From Mobula hypostoma (lineage: Eukaryota): a DNA stretch of 64,000 nt. How positions within the stretch are numbered: the stretch's first letter is position 1; each line of letters opens with the position of its first letter. Of this stretch, positions 37,591 through 49,705 are shown piece after piece. A program made the position numbers and the translations under genes. Below the pieces are notes generated by a model, which did not search any database, was not told the origin of the DNA, and saw only the letters and a list, made by a program, of their open reading frames with translations. The stretch is taken from assembly GCF_963921235.1 (NCBI RefSeq), contig NC_086097.1, positions 171,060,001 through 171,124,000 of the forward strand, given 5' to 3'.

Positions 37591-39324
37591 AACAATTTAA
37601 TTTTTAGATCAAAGCAGAAAAAAATTACCCAATCTGTATAAATGTTTCACATTGTTTTTTTTAACTGTTTACTGTGCTGTGCATTCAGTACATCCCATTT
37701 GCAGTGCGTATGTAAAGCAAATGATTTGCGTGCCTGTGTTTTATATAACTGCTATTCTGCCTTCCCCCATCCAGCTCACTTCAGTGATTCCATGACTTAA
37801 GTCTTTCCATAATAGTTTAAGCAGTTGAGTTTAACTGCTGCTGTGGGTCAGTATTATGAATGGATTTATGACACAGGCTCATCATCTGATTTTGTTTATA
37901 CTCATACTTATGATGAACGTTTCCATTATCTCATCAGCTGGGGGACTAGAGCGCAAAGACCTTCCTCATGCAGTGAAGCAGTCATCATACTTTACTGCTT
38001 TGTTCTTTTGCCAGCAGGAAACACAGCCCTCTGCTCCCTCCACCACCCACCCCCACAACGAAACACCTGCCAAAACTGCACAATGAACTACTGCAGACAT
38101 GAGAGATTGCAGATGTTGGAATCTGGGGCCAGAGAAAAAAGTGCTGGAGGAACTCTGTGGATTAGGTAGATTCTGTGGAGGGCCCACCAATCTTCTACCA
38201 ACATTTCCCCTTCTCCCTCATCTGCTTGTGACCACTCCTCACCTGTCAAGGTCTTGCTTCTCCTTCCTCATCCTTTATACTGCCAGTGTCTCCTCTATAT
38301 TTTCCAGATGGATCGTCTTGACTCAAAATGTGTTTTATCTATTTTTCTACAGAGATACTGCCTGACCCACTGATTTCTTCCAGCATCTTGTTTTTAAAAC
38401 AACTATCACTGGGTTGTGGGCACATTAGACTAAGTTTTGAAAAAAATACTAAATGTGTAATGTCACACACCACTGATCTCACTATCTTCTGTATCTGGAA
38501 GGTTTTACCTGACTGCAACAATGTCAGTCAGAATGCTCTCCACTGTACATCTATAAAAAAAATTGCAGGAGTCCTTGGTAACATACGAAATACAATTTCC
38601 TAATTCCTATTTCTTCTAATTCCCTTCTTGAGTTCTTTTCTAGCTTCTTTATAATCCTCCAGGGTTTCATTTGATTTTTATCTCCTAAACCTTTATAAGA
38701 TTTTGGAAGCAAAAATCAAATGTTAAAGACAAGATGACAATAAATTTTGATCGTAACTGCCATTGATAAAAAGTGCTTTGATTCAAGATTCAAGATTTAA
38801 GACTGTTTAATGTTATTTCCAGTACACTGGTGTAAAGGAGAACATAATAATTGTTACTCCAGATCCAATGCACCACAAAAAAAAACATAATAATAAGAAA
38901 CACACACAATAAATATAAATGGATAAGATAGCTTATATTCATGGATAGACTGTACATCCATAAAGTGACATACATAAGGTGACTCTTTATTTTTGTTATC
39001 CAGCAAATGTAAATGTCTAATTTTCCTTCTCAAGAAGAACTAACAATAGTTCATTTAGCATGACAGAGTACTACAGGAACAGTCACTTCAGATTTCTGAA
39101 TGGCCCATGAACCCATAAATACCACCACACTATTCCTCTTGGCATTATTTAATCATTCACTTACTTGTTTATTGTAACTTATAATTATATTCTATTTTGT
39201 ACTGTACTGCTGCCATGAAATAACAAATTTCACAACATATGTCAGTGAATGATAAACTTGATAAACCTGATTCACTTGTCAGTGTTGGCTGGACAATGGC
39301 CGTTTTTCATGCTGAACTCAGACA

Positions 39325-39545
39325 CTGAGCTGCACTCACCTGCTCTGTCCTGTACTGACCTGCACGGACCTGCACTTGCCTGCTCTGATCTGTTCTCACC
39401 TGCTTTCACCTGCACTGACCAGCACTCACCTGCAGTCATTTATTGATCTGCACTCACCTGCACTGACCAGCACTCACCTGCAGTCATTTATTGATCTGCA
39501 CTCACCTGCACTGACCAGCACTGACTTTCACTGACCTGCACTCAC
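39325..39545. repeat. Degenerate 10-bp tandem repeat (TGCACTCACC/TGCACTGACC) with an exact 48-bp duplication
   Basis: Directly visible. Confidence 0.85.
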
Positions 39546-39778
39546 ACACTGTGGAAGCTCTTCACCTTGTCTGCTAGAGCAAACCCATGCCTTCCTTCAT
39601 CCCTCCTGATTTTCCTCTTGTGCTCTCTTGCATTTCTTATATTCCCAAGTATCTCATTTGTTCCTGCCTGCCTATACCTATTGTGCACCTTTTTCTTTTT
39701 CTCAACCAGAGCCTCAATATGTCTCAAAAACCAAGACTGCCTAAACCTGTTATCCTTTTCTTTTATTTTCTTTTTTGA

Positions 39779-41062
39779 CCTAATCAGTTCCCCTCTACCA
39801 CCACTCTGCTCCGTCTAGCGGAATTAGTCCTTACTCTTAATAATTTCTCCTTTTGCTCCTCCCATTTCCTCCAAACTAAAGGTGTAGCTATGGGCACCCG
39901 TATGGGTCCTAGCTATGCCTGCCTTTTTGTTGGGTTTGTGGAACAATCTATGTTCCGTGCCTATTCTGGTATCTGTCCCCCACTTTTCCTTCGCTACATC
40001 GACAACTGCGTTGGCGCTGCTTCCTGCACGCATGCAGAACTCGTTGACTTTATTAACTTTGCCTCCAACTTTCACCCTGCCCTCAAGTTTACCTGGTCCA
40101 TTTCCAACACCTCCCTCCCCTTTCTAGATCTTTCTGTCCCTGTCTCTGGAGACAGCTTATCCATTGATGTCTACTATAAGCCTACTGACTCACACAGCTA
40201 TCTGGACTATTCCTCTTCTCACCCTGTCTCTTGCAAAAACGCCATCCCCTTCTCGCAATTCCTCCGTCTCTGCCGCATCTGCTCTCAGGATGAGGCTTTT
40301 CATTCTAGGACGAGGGAGATGCCTTCATTTTTTAAAGAAAGGGGCTTCCCTTCCTCCACTATCAACTCTGCTCTTAAACGCATCTCCTCCATTTCACGTA
40401 CATCTGCTCTCACTCCATCCTCCCACCACCCCACTAGGAATAGGGTTCCCCTGGTCCTCACCTACCACCCCACCAGCCTCCGGGTCCAACATATTATTCC
40501 CCATAACTTCCGCCACCTCCAACGGGATCCCACCACTAAGCACATCTTTCCCTCCCCCCCTCTCTCTGCATTCCGCAGGGATCGCTCCCTACACAACTCC
40601 CTTGTCCATTCGTCCCCCCCATCCCTCCCCACTGATCTCCCTCCTGGCGCTTATCCGTGTAAGCGGAACAAGTGCTACACATGGCCTTACACTTCCTCCC
40701 TTACCACCATTCAGGGCCCCAAACAGTCCTTCCAGGTGAGGCATCACTTCACCTGTGAGTCGACTGGGGTGATATACTGCGTCCGGTGCTCCCGATGTGG
40801 CCTTTTATATATTGGTGAGACCCGACGCAGACTGGGAGACCGCTTTGCTGAACATCTACGCTCTGTCCACCAGAGAAAGCAGGATCTCCCAGTGGCCACA
40901 CATTTTAATTCCACATCCCATTCCCATTCTGACATGTCTATCCACGGCCTCCTCTACTGTAAAGATGAAGCCACAATCAGGTTGGAGGAACAACACCTTA
41001 TATTCCGTCTGGGTAGCCTCCAACCTGATGGCATGAACATCGACTTCTCTAACTTCCGCTAA
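39779..41062 (+). CDS. PLE reverse transcriptase (motifs B-E, thumb) + GIY-YIG endonuclease; 5'-truncated; catalytic YIDD reads YIDN
   Basis: QTKGVAMGTRMGPSYA, LRYIDN, LPFLDL, VYYKPTDSHSYL, GVIYCVRCSRCGLLYIGET; frame is open 37 codons upstream of the ATG at 39890. Confidence 0.88.
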   Translation, partial: PNQFPSTTTLLRLAELVLTLNNFSFCSSHFLQTKGVAMGTRMGPSYACLFVGFVEQSMFRAYSGICPPLFLRYIDNCVGAASCTHAELVDFINFASNFHPALKFTWSISNTSLPFLDLSVPVSGDSLSIDVYYKPTDSHSYLDYSSSHPVSCKNAIPFSQFLRLCRICSQDEAFHSRTREMPSFFKERGFPSSTINSALKRISSISRTSALTPSSHHPTRNRVPLVLTYHPTSLRVQHIIPHNFRHLQRDPTTKHIFPSPPLSAFRRDRSLHNSLVHSSPPSLPTDLPPGAYPCKRNKCYTWPYTSSLTTIQGPKQSFQVRHHFTCESTGVIYCVRCSRCGLLYIGETRRRLGDRFAEHLRSVHQRKQDLPVATHFNSTSHSHSDMSIHGLLYCKDEATIRLEEQHLIFRLGSLQPDGMNIDFSNFR

Positions 41063-41358
41063 GGCCCCACCTCCCCCTTGTACCCCATCTGTTACTCTTT
41101 TTATGCACACATTCTTTCTCTCACTCTCCTTTTTCTCCCTCTGTCCCTCTGAATATACCTCTTGCCCATCCTCTGGGTCAACCCCCCCCCCTTGTCTTTC
41201 TTCCCGGACCTCCTGTCCCATGATCCTCTCGTATCCCCTTTTGCCTATCACCTGTCCAGCTCTCGGCTCTATCCCTCCCCCTCCTGTCTTCTCCTATCAT
41301 TTTGCATCTCCCCCTCCCCCTCCAGCTTTCAAATCCCTTACTCACTCTTCCTTCAGTT

Positions 41359-41394
41359 AGTCCTGATGAAGGGTCTCGGCCTGAAACGTCGACT
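41359..41394 (+). ncRNA. Minimal type I hammerhead ribozyme-like motif in the PLE terminal repeat
   Basis: AGTC-CTGATGA-AGG(GTCTCGG)CCT-GAAA-C-GTC-GACT: both core boxes, stem I and stem II present; helix III reduced to the palindrome ACGT. Confidence 0.7.
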
Positions 41395-41715
41395 GCGCCT
41401 CTTCCTATAGATGCTGCTTGGCCTGCTGCGTTCACCAGCAACTTTGATGTATGTTGATCCTTTTCTTTTATTCTGACAGGTACATACAAACTTCGTTTGT
41501 TCAAAATTTTACTTCTGAAGGCCTCCCATTGTCAGAATATACCTGCCCCAATCCACAAGTGCCAGATTCTTTCTGATACCATTTCTGCTTCACCACTTCT
41601 TGGGAACCTTGCAAACAATGAAATATTTTGGGAGTGTGGAAATTTTTGGGAGTGTGTAATGTGGGAAACACTGCAACAAACATATGTTTAGCAAGTTCAT
41701 ATGTACAGCATTGTG

Positions 41716-42032
41716 GGCATGTGGCCAAGTGGTTAAGGCATTCGACTAGTGATCTGAAGGTCATGAGTTCGAACCCCAGCTGAGGCAGCATGTTGTGTCC
41801 TTGAGCAAGGCACTTAACCACACAGTGCTCTGCGACGACACTGGTGCCAAACTGTATCGGCCCTTGCCCTTCCCTTGGACAACATCGGTGTCATGGAGAG
41901 GGGAGACTTGCAGCATGGGCAACTGCCAGTCTTCCATACAACCTTGCCCAGGCCTGCGCCCTGGAGAGGGAAGACTTTCCAGGCACAGATCCGTGGTCTC
42001 GCAAGACTAACGGTTGCCTTTACTTTTACTTT
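41716..42032 (+). mobile_element. Full-length tRNA-derived SINE with 16-bp TSD
   Basis: A box TGGCCAAGTGG, B box GTTCGAACCC, (TTTAC/TTTTAC)n tail; TATGTACAGCATTGTG at 41700-41715 and 42033-42048. Confidence 0.92.
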
Positions 42033-42744
42033 TATGTACAGCATTGTGAGGAGGAACTACCAAACTCAAGGACAGCTTCTATCCCACTGTCATACTCTTT
42101 AACGGAATCCGTGTATGATAAGATGGACTCTTGGCCTCACAATCTCACAATCTACCTCATTATGTTCTTGCCCTTTATCGTTTACCTACTCTGCAATTTT
42201 ATAGTAGCTTTTTCACTTTATTCTGCATTGTTGTTGATTTTAGCTTATTCTAGCTCAATACAGCTTGTAATGATTTGATATACACAAACAGTATGTAAGA
42301 ACAGCTTTACACTGTTTCATGGTACATGTGGCAATAATAAACAATAACTATATCAATACCAATGAACAGCGATTGAAGTGCAAGAAAAGCAGAGAATGTT
42401 AAAAAATAATCATTAGGTCAGGCAGTATCTGTGTAGCGAGAAATAGAGTTAATCTTTCAGGGAATATGGCAAACTCTATTAGCAGGGAAGTTGTGACAGG
42501 GCTGTTGGTAATTAATAAAGAGGGGTGGGCCGAGACAACAACACTTTCTCTGGCAGTGCATTCCAGCTACTCACCACTCTCTGGATGAAAAGAGTTCCCT
42601 TGCATTCCTCTCTAAAACTCAATGAGAACAAAAAACAACTAAGTCCTTTTTCATGCTTATGCTGTTGCTATCCTGAGTTAATAACTAGAATTGTACGCAT
42701 TAGTTCAAGAACCAAATGCTTGAAAAGAAATAGGTATATCAAAT

Positions 42745-43220
42745 CATGGAGAACATAGACAGGATGAGTGGTCTTTTTTCCAGGATTGGGGAATCAAAGT
42801 CTAGAGGCCACAGTTTTAAGGTTAGGGGTGAATTATTTATTAAGAATTTGAGTGCAACATTTGGAGCTCAGAAAAATAGAGGGCTATGGGTAACTCTAGG
42901 TCATTTCTAAGATAAGGACACGTTCGACACAGCTTTGTGGACCGAAGGGCCTGTATTGTGCTGTAGGTTTTCTATGTTCCTATGTTTAACATTTTTGTGT
43001 GATAGACACATGGAACCAGCTGCCAGAGGAAGTGGTTGGGGCAGGTATATTAGTTAAACTTAAAGGTGTTTGTGGACAGGTAGATGGATGACTAGAATTT
43101 GGACGGATATGGGCCAATCGCTGTGAAGTGGGCTTAGCATGAATAGACACCTTGGTTGGCATGGACAAGTATGGACCAAAGGGCCCTCTTCTGTCTTGTA
43201 CAATTCTATGACTCTATGCA
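42745..43220 (+). mobile_element. CR1 3' fragment with a nested shorter, younger CR1 tail (about 42862-42987)
   Basis: Nested piece matches 10299-10400. Confidence 0.65.
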
Positions 43221-45331
43221 TATGTACATTTTCAATCCGCCAACGTAACTTCTAGAGGCGTCTGCTCTGAACCTTGTGTTACACTTACACCGATGTTTAT
43301 GCCTTTCATATTTTCTCACATTTCTAAAGTTCAGCATGATTAAATCACTGGATCTCTACACTCTCTCTGAGGAAGCATGAACAGAAGGCGATGTGATAGT
43401 GGCAGCAAATGCTTTTTTGCTGCATCCAATTTTCATCAAACATCATTTTTGTTGCTGAAGAAACAGACGTGGTTAATCCTTGGCTAATTTGATCTGGCCC
43501 AGTCCCAGTACAACTGTCTCTCTAACCTTCAGCATACTACCTTCAGAATTGCCTCTTCCAGAAGACCATAGGTGCTCAGATGCTGCGTATGTTCTGAGAA
43601 GAAAATCATTTGTTTATGCAGAACATTTCATCACCCTCCTCTTTCAGTCAACCAGTCAAGAAATTGAGAACTTTTGTATAAATTATAGCAGTTTTTCTTG
43701 TGAATGTTTATCGTATACTATTTGCTTGTTTTTTGCCTGTTTTTTTTTCTTCTGTATGTTGTTTATCTTATGCTATGTGCCTGTGATGAGTAAATTTTCT
43801 CATTGCACCTGTGTATATGACATTAATCTCAACTTTTAATTTAGAATTAATTTCATAGAATCGTGTCACATGGATTGTTGTCACATATTAATGAAGGAAT
43901 TGTCATAAACTTCCTGCAATCAGCAGATGGGATAGATAGATATGGAGAATGCATGCAGGCTTTTTCAAATTGGAAGAGACTAGAACTAAATGTCATAGGT
44001 TTAGGGTGAAAGGTGAAATATTTAAGGAGAATCTGAGTAGAACTTCACTCAGAGGATGGTGTAAGTGTGGAACAGTAGAAGTGATTTATGTGGGTTCAGT
44101 TGTAATATTTAAGAGAAGTTTGGATATGTACTGAACATGGATGAGAAGGGTATAGGAGGGCTGTGATCCAGGTGCAGGTAGTTGGGACAAGGCGGAAGAC
44201 CAGGTTAGCATGGACTAGGTGGACTGAAGGTGCTGTTATATTCTATGAAACTATAGTCCCACAAACAGCAATTACTAGATAATCCACGTATGCTCATTGT
44301 GAAAAAGGTTTGGATTTTAGCAGAATCAAAGAGTGCGGAGTCAGAGTGGAAAAGCGGATTTCACATCAAAGAGTTATCATAGACTTCATGAGTGATGGGT
44401 CTGTGTTCCCTTTACCTGCATGTAAGATAAGTTAAGAGAATACCATAAACTGTCAGCAGGTTAGTCTGCATCTGTAAAGAGAGAATTGCAGAGGTAGCAC
44501 TTGGGAGAGAGAAAAGCAGAGTAAATGCTTAAATGCTGGAGGAAATTTCAAATGTCTGCCAAATTTTCTGTGAAGATTTTAGTTGTAGAGTTGTACAACA
44601 TGGAAATGTGGAAGTAGTCTCTTTGGCCAATTGTCCATGCATTCGTTTACACATTCTCCAATAAACTATTTTACTTTTCCTACATTCCCATCAACTCCCT
44701 TCAGGTTTTATAATTAACCTATCTACACTCCAAGCAATTTACAGTTTAACTTACAAAATAAAACATCTTTTGAATGATTCTTCTATCCTTTAATACACTT
44801 AACTGACTCTCTCTAAAAAGGGTGTACATTTTGCTCTCATAGAATCACATAGCATGAAAACAGACCCTTTGGTTTAACTGGCTATGCCAACCAAGATGCC
44901 CTATCCAATCTATCTCAATTGCCAGTGTTTGGCCATCTTCTAAACTTTTTCCTATCCCATATACCTGCCAAGTGTCTTTTTAAAAGTTGTTATTGTACTT
45001 ACCACTTCCTCTGCAGCTCATTCTACTGTGTAAAATGTTGCCCCATAAGTTCCTATTAAATCTCTCACCTCTTATCTTAGTCCTATAGAAAATATTAAGT
45101 ATATTCACCTTACAAAATCAATTCTGTCCAATATCCAAAAATAACTCAGTGTTCCAGAGAAACCTGAAATTTCTCCTTACAATTCTATAGAGTCCTGCAG
45201 GCAAGCTGTGCTCCTTCCGAGACCAATATATTCCTAACTTACAAAAAGACAGCTTGTAGATCACAAGCCAATAAATCTTAGTTCCTGATGAATGTCACTT
45301 GCCAGGAAAAATCTAAAAGTTAATATAAATT

Positions 45332-45695
45332 ACCATAGAACCATAGAAACTACAGCACAGAAACAGGCCCTTTGGCCCTTCTTGGCTGTGCCGAACCATT
45401 TTCTGCCTAGTCCCACTGAACTGCACATGGACCATATCCCTCCATACACCTCCCATCCATGTATCTGTCCAATTTATTCTTAAATGTTAAAAAAGAACCC
45501 GCATTTACCACTTCGTCTGGCAGCTCATTCCATACTCCCACCACTCTCTGTGTGAAGAAGCCCCCCCTAATGTTCCCTTTAAACTTTTCCCCCCTCACCC
45601 TTAACCCATGTCCTCTGGTTTTTTTCTCCCCTTGCCTCAGTGGAAAAAGCCTGCTTGCATTCACTTTATCTATACCCATGATAATTTTATATACC
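45332..45695 (-). mobile_element. Young CR1 3' end, same subfamily as 35677-36657
   Basis: Near-identical to 35677-36035; (TTCTATGG)n tail. Confidence 0.92.
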
Positions 45696-46659
45696 GATAA
45701 TTTTTAATTATCGACTCTTCCACTCTGGTGGTTTCCTGTTCCTTCACATCGTCCCTCAACTGCTGTTGTGACTCCTGCTTTACAACAGTGAATGGCCTTT
45801 AGGCTTTTGAAAGTACTTTGGAAGTGAAGCTAGCCTATTCTATTTTGTAAACCTGTAGAATATCTTACAGCTGGTTCTTGGCCCCTCTTTAGATCAAAAT
45901 GTTTCACCTTTAAGCACTCTGTCCATTTTTGACAGTCTCAGATACAAGATGCAACTACAAAATCATTCACAGACTTTCTAGCAGTCTCACACTTTCTAAG
46001 AAAGATGTTATGCATTTTTGCTTCTAACAGATGTTAGTAGTAAAGATATCTCATGGATTGCAGTGATGTTAGAGAGTTACAAAGTGCCCCTTCACTGGAG
46101 CTTCTTATTGCTTCCCCTGCGGTACTAATGGTTCCAAAACAGCCTGATTTATGACTACATCTGACTTTTACTAAAAAATACTATAAGATGTTCCTTTGAA
46201 TGGGAGCCTAGGGGCAGTTCTTAGATAAGCTAACATTATTCCATTAAAATTCCAAGATGAGTTAAATTGTCCCCATAAGTTCAAGACAAATGAGCTAGTT
46301 CCTGCCTCAGACCCTTATATCACTACTGATCCATTGCAGTGCTCGTTGACAGGATGTACTGTTTGTCTTGACCTCATCCTGTTTGGGGGTTATTCTGTGC
46401 AGCTGGTGCGGCAGAGAACACTCTGGAGTATTGTGCCTATTTCTGTTCTGGTCCCTTGGTGAACAACCTTGCTTTGAGGACAATGGGAGGCAATTGTTCG
46501 AACATATTACATTCAAATATTACATCACATACAATATTGGATAACATGCAAGATGGATTACCACTTTTAGATCAGGCTTTACACTTTACACTGCAAACCA
46601 ACACCAACACCAACAAATACCAATGCCAACAATCATTTTAGTGTGTTAAGGAAACAAAA

Positions 46660-47300
46660 CCATAAGACCATTCAACCCACCAAGTCTGCTCTGCCATTTG
46701 ATCACGACTTATTTATTTTCCCATGGATCTCCATCCTCCTGCCTTATTCCATTAAACTTAGATGTTCTAAGTAATTAAGAACCTCTCAACCAACCCAATA
46801 TATACCTAATGACTTAGTCTCCAAAGCTGTCTGTGATAATTAAATCCACAATTCCATCACCCTGTAGCAGAAGCACCCAGACTTGCAGCATGGTAGTGCT
46901 GTGTAATGCCTTACTACGTTAACAAAATCGGTTCAATTCCCGCTATACTCTTTAAGAAGTCTACATTCTCCCCTGACTGCATGGGTTTCCTCTGGGTGCT
47001 CCAGTTTCCTCCCACGTTCCAAAAGACATATAGGTTAGTAATTTGAGGGCATGCTATGTTGGCGGCAGAAGTGGGCTTATGGGCTGCTCCCAGCACACTA
47101 TGTTGCTCATTCATGCAAACAACACACTTCACCGTATGCACATGCAAGAAATAAAGTTGATCTCTAATATGATATCTTACTTCTGTAAATAAATTCATCT
47201 TCATCTCTGTTCTCAAGGGATATTCTTCTATTCTTAATCTGTGTGCTCTGGTCCTAGACTCTCCCAATATTGGAAACACATTCTCCATGTATACTCCATC
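46660..47300 (-). mobile_element. CR1 3' end with nested tRNA-derived SINE (about 46880-47170, + strand)
   Basis: ENVFPILGESRTRAHRLRI; SINE with GGTTCAATTCCCG B box and V-like core. Confidence 0.7.
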
Positions 47301-47304
47301 TGGG

Positions 47305-48962
47305 ATTTGAAGATGTTGGAGTCCATTATTAAGCTTGGGATTTTGAGGTACCTGGAGGCACATTATAAAATAGGCCAATGTCAGTATGATTTCCTTGAGG
47401 GGAAATCTTGCCTGACATATTTATTGGAATTCTTTGAGGAAATAACAATCAGGATAGGCAAAAGAGAGTCAGTGGATGTTGTTTACTTGGATTTTCAGAA
47501 GGCCTTTGAAAAGGTGCCACACATGAGGCTGCTAAGCAAGATAAAGCCCATGGTACTACAGAAAAGATGCTAGCATGGATAGAATATTGGCTGACTGGCA
47601 GGAGGCAGAAAGTGGGAACAAAGGGGACCTTTCCTGGTTGGCAGTCAGTGGCTAGTGGTGTTCTACAGGGATCAGTGTTGGGACTGCTTGTTTAACGTTA
47701 TATGTCAATGATTTGCATGATGGAGTTGATGGCTTTGTGGTCATATTTGTAGACAATATAAAGATAGGTGGAGTGGCAGATGGCGTTGAGGAAGCAGGGT
47801 GTCTGCAGAAGGACTTAGACAGATTGAGAGAATGAGCAAAGAAGTGACAGATGGAATATAGTGTAGAGAACTGCAGAAGGAGTAAAGGCATAAATTATTT
47901 TCTAAATGGGGACAAAATTCAAAAATCAGAGGTGCAAAGGGACTTGAAGGTCTTTGTGCAGGACTGCCTAAAGCTTAACTTGCAGGTTGAGCCAGTGGTA
48001 AGATGGCAAATGCAATGTTAGCATTCGTTTTGAGAGGATTTCAAATATAAAAGCAAGGATGTAATGCTAAGCCTTTATAAGGCATTGGTCAGAGGGTACG
48101 TGGAATATTGTGAACATTGTTGGGCGCCTTGTCTAAGAAAAGATGTGCTGGCTTTGGAGAAGGTCCAGTGGATGTTTACAAGAATGATTCTGGGAATGAA
48201 AAGGTTTACATATGTTTGATGGCTCTGGGCCTGTACTCACATGAAATTAGAAGAATGAAGGTCGATCACAGTCAGAATCAGGTTTAATATCATTAGCATA
48301 TGTTGTGAATTTTTTGTTTTTGCAGCAGCAATACAATGAAATACATAGAAAAAGACAAAAAATGAATTACAATAAGTATATATATATATATATATTAGTT
48401 AAATTAAACAATTTATGCAAAAATTAAAATTAAAAAGTGATGAAGTAGTGTTTATGGGTTCAATGTCCATTCAGAAATTGGATGGCAAAGGGGAAAACAG
48501 CTGCTTCTGAATCGTTAAGTGTGTGACTTCAGGCTTGTGTTCTTCCTTCCTGATGATAGCAATGAGAACAAGGCATGATCTCATTGAAACTTATCAAATA
48601 TTGAATGACCTAGATAATGGTAATGTGGAGAGAATGTTTACTATAATGGGGTAGTCTAGGCCAGAGGGCACTGCCTCAGGACAGAAGGACATCCATCTAG
48701 AATGGAAATGAGTAGGAATTGCTTTAACCAGAGGGTAGTGAATATGTGGAATTCATTGTCACAGACAGCTGCAGAGACCAAGTCATTGGGTATATTTAAA
48801 GAGGAGGTTGGTCAGATCAAGATTAGTCAAGGCATTAAAAGGTTAAGAGGAGAAAGCAGTGGAGTTTGGGTTGAGAGGGATAATAAAATAGCCATGGTGG
48901 AATGGTGGCGCTCACTCAATGGGCTGAATGGACTAATTCTGCTCCTATGTGTTATGGTCTTA
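47305..48962 (+). pseudogene. Degenerate CR1 ORF2 (RT) and 3' UTR with nested Rex-like tail (about 48270-48578)
   Basis: GKSCLTYLLEFFEEIT...VDVVYLDFQKAFEKVPHMRLL; SGVLQGSVLG. Confidence 0.88.
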
Positions 48963-49094
48963 TTATAGTCTTGCAGATGGTTCAAATTTTAGATGGTAAG
49001 AATCAAATCGAGTTTACTGTCAACACATGCAGAAGTACAAATATACAAACTAGAGCAGAGTGTTGTCTAAAACCAGAAATCTTTGTGTTAATAC

Positions 49095-49705
49095 TTCGCC
49101 AAGCAGTTCCAGTCTCTTCTTGGTCTCATCAATGTAGCAAAGATCACATCAGGAGCACCATGTACAGTAGACGAGGTGGGAGGAGGTGCAAATGAATCTT
49201 TGCCTAATCTAGATGATATTTGGAAAATCTGTTTTGGTTCCTTAATGGCATTCAAGAAAGACGTGTAAGGACAAATGTTACGCGTCTTGCAACTGGAGAG
49301 GGAAGATGTGGGTGGGGAGGGATGAGTGGGCCAGAAGGTCACAGAGGGTATGGTCCCTGTGGAGCTGGAAGGTGGTAGGGAGGAACAGATGTAGCTGGTG
49401 GTGAGATCTTGTTGCAGCTGGCAGAAATGAGAAGCAATGACAGGACAAAGAGAGGAGAGATGAGAGAAGTTTCTATCAATCACAGAAGATGGGAAGCTAT
49501 GCTTCCTGAAAAAGTGGGACATTTCAGATGTCCTGGAAACAGTCTCAACTTGAGTGAAGATGTGGCAGAGATGGAGAAACTGTGAGAAAGGGATGGCATC
49601 CTTACAGGAGGCAGGTTGGGAAGAGGTGTCATCAAAGTAGCTGTGGTACTTGGACAGTTTGTCTCCTGAGATTCCACTACCAGACCCATGTTCAACTTTC
49701 GAAAG
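49095..49705 (-). pseudogene. Highly degenerate PLE fragment
   Basis: MSHFFRKHSFPSSVIDR...ICPYTSFLNAIKEPKQIFQ homologous to the PLE ORF. Confidence 0.7.

Larger units (their letters stand above)
39768..41456 (+). mobile_element. Young 5'-truncated Penelope-like element with 16-bp TSD, inserted in a CR1 fragment
   Basis: ATCCTTTTCTTTTATT at 39752-39767 and 41457-41472; open RT/GIY-YIG frame. Confidence 0.93.

Noticed and set aside
39890..41062. Domesticated host RT/endonuclease gene
   Set aside because: 5'-truncated mid-RT, flanked by a TSD, multiple degenerate paralogues in the window
41716..41790. tRNA gene
   Set aside because: Acceptor stem is not convincing; followed by a SINE body, tail and TSD
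46352..46458. Possible plus-strand exon in unique sequence
   Set aside because: Weak acceptor and donor, unrecognised peptide
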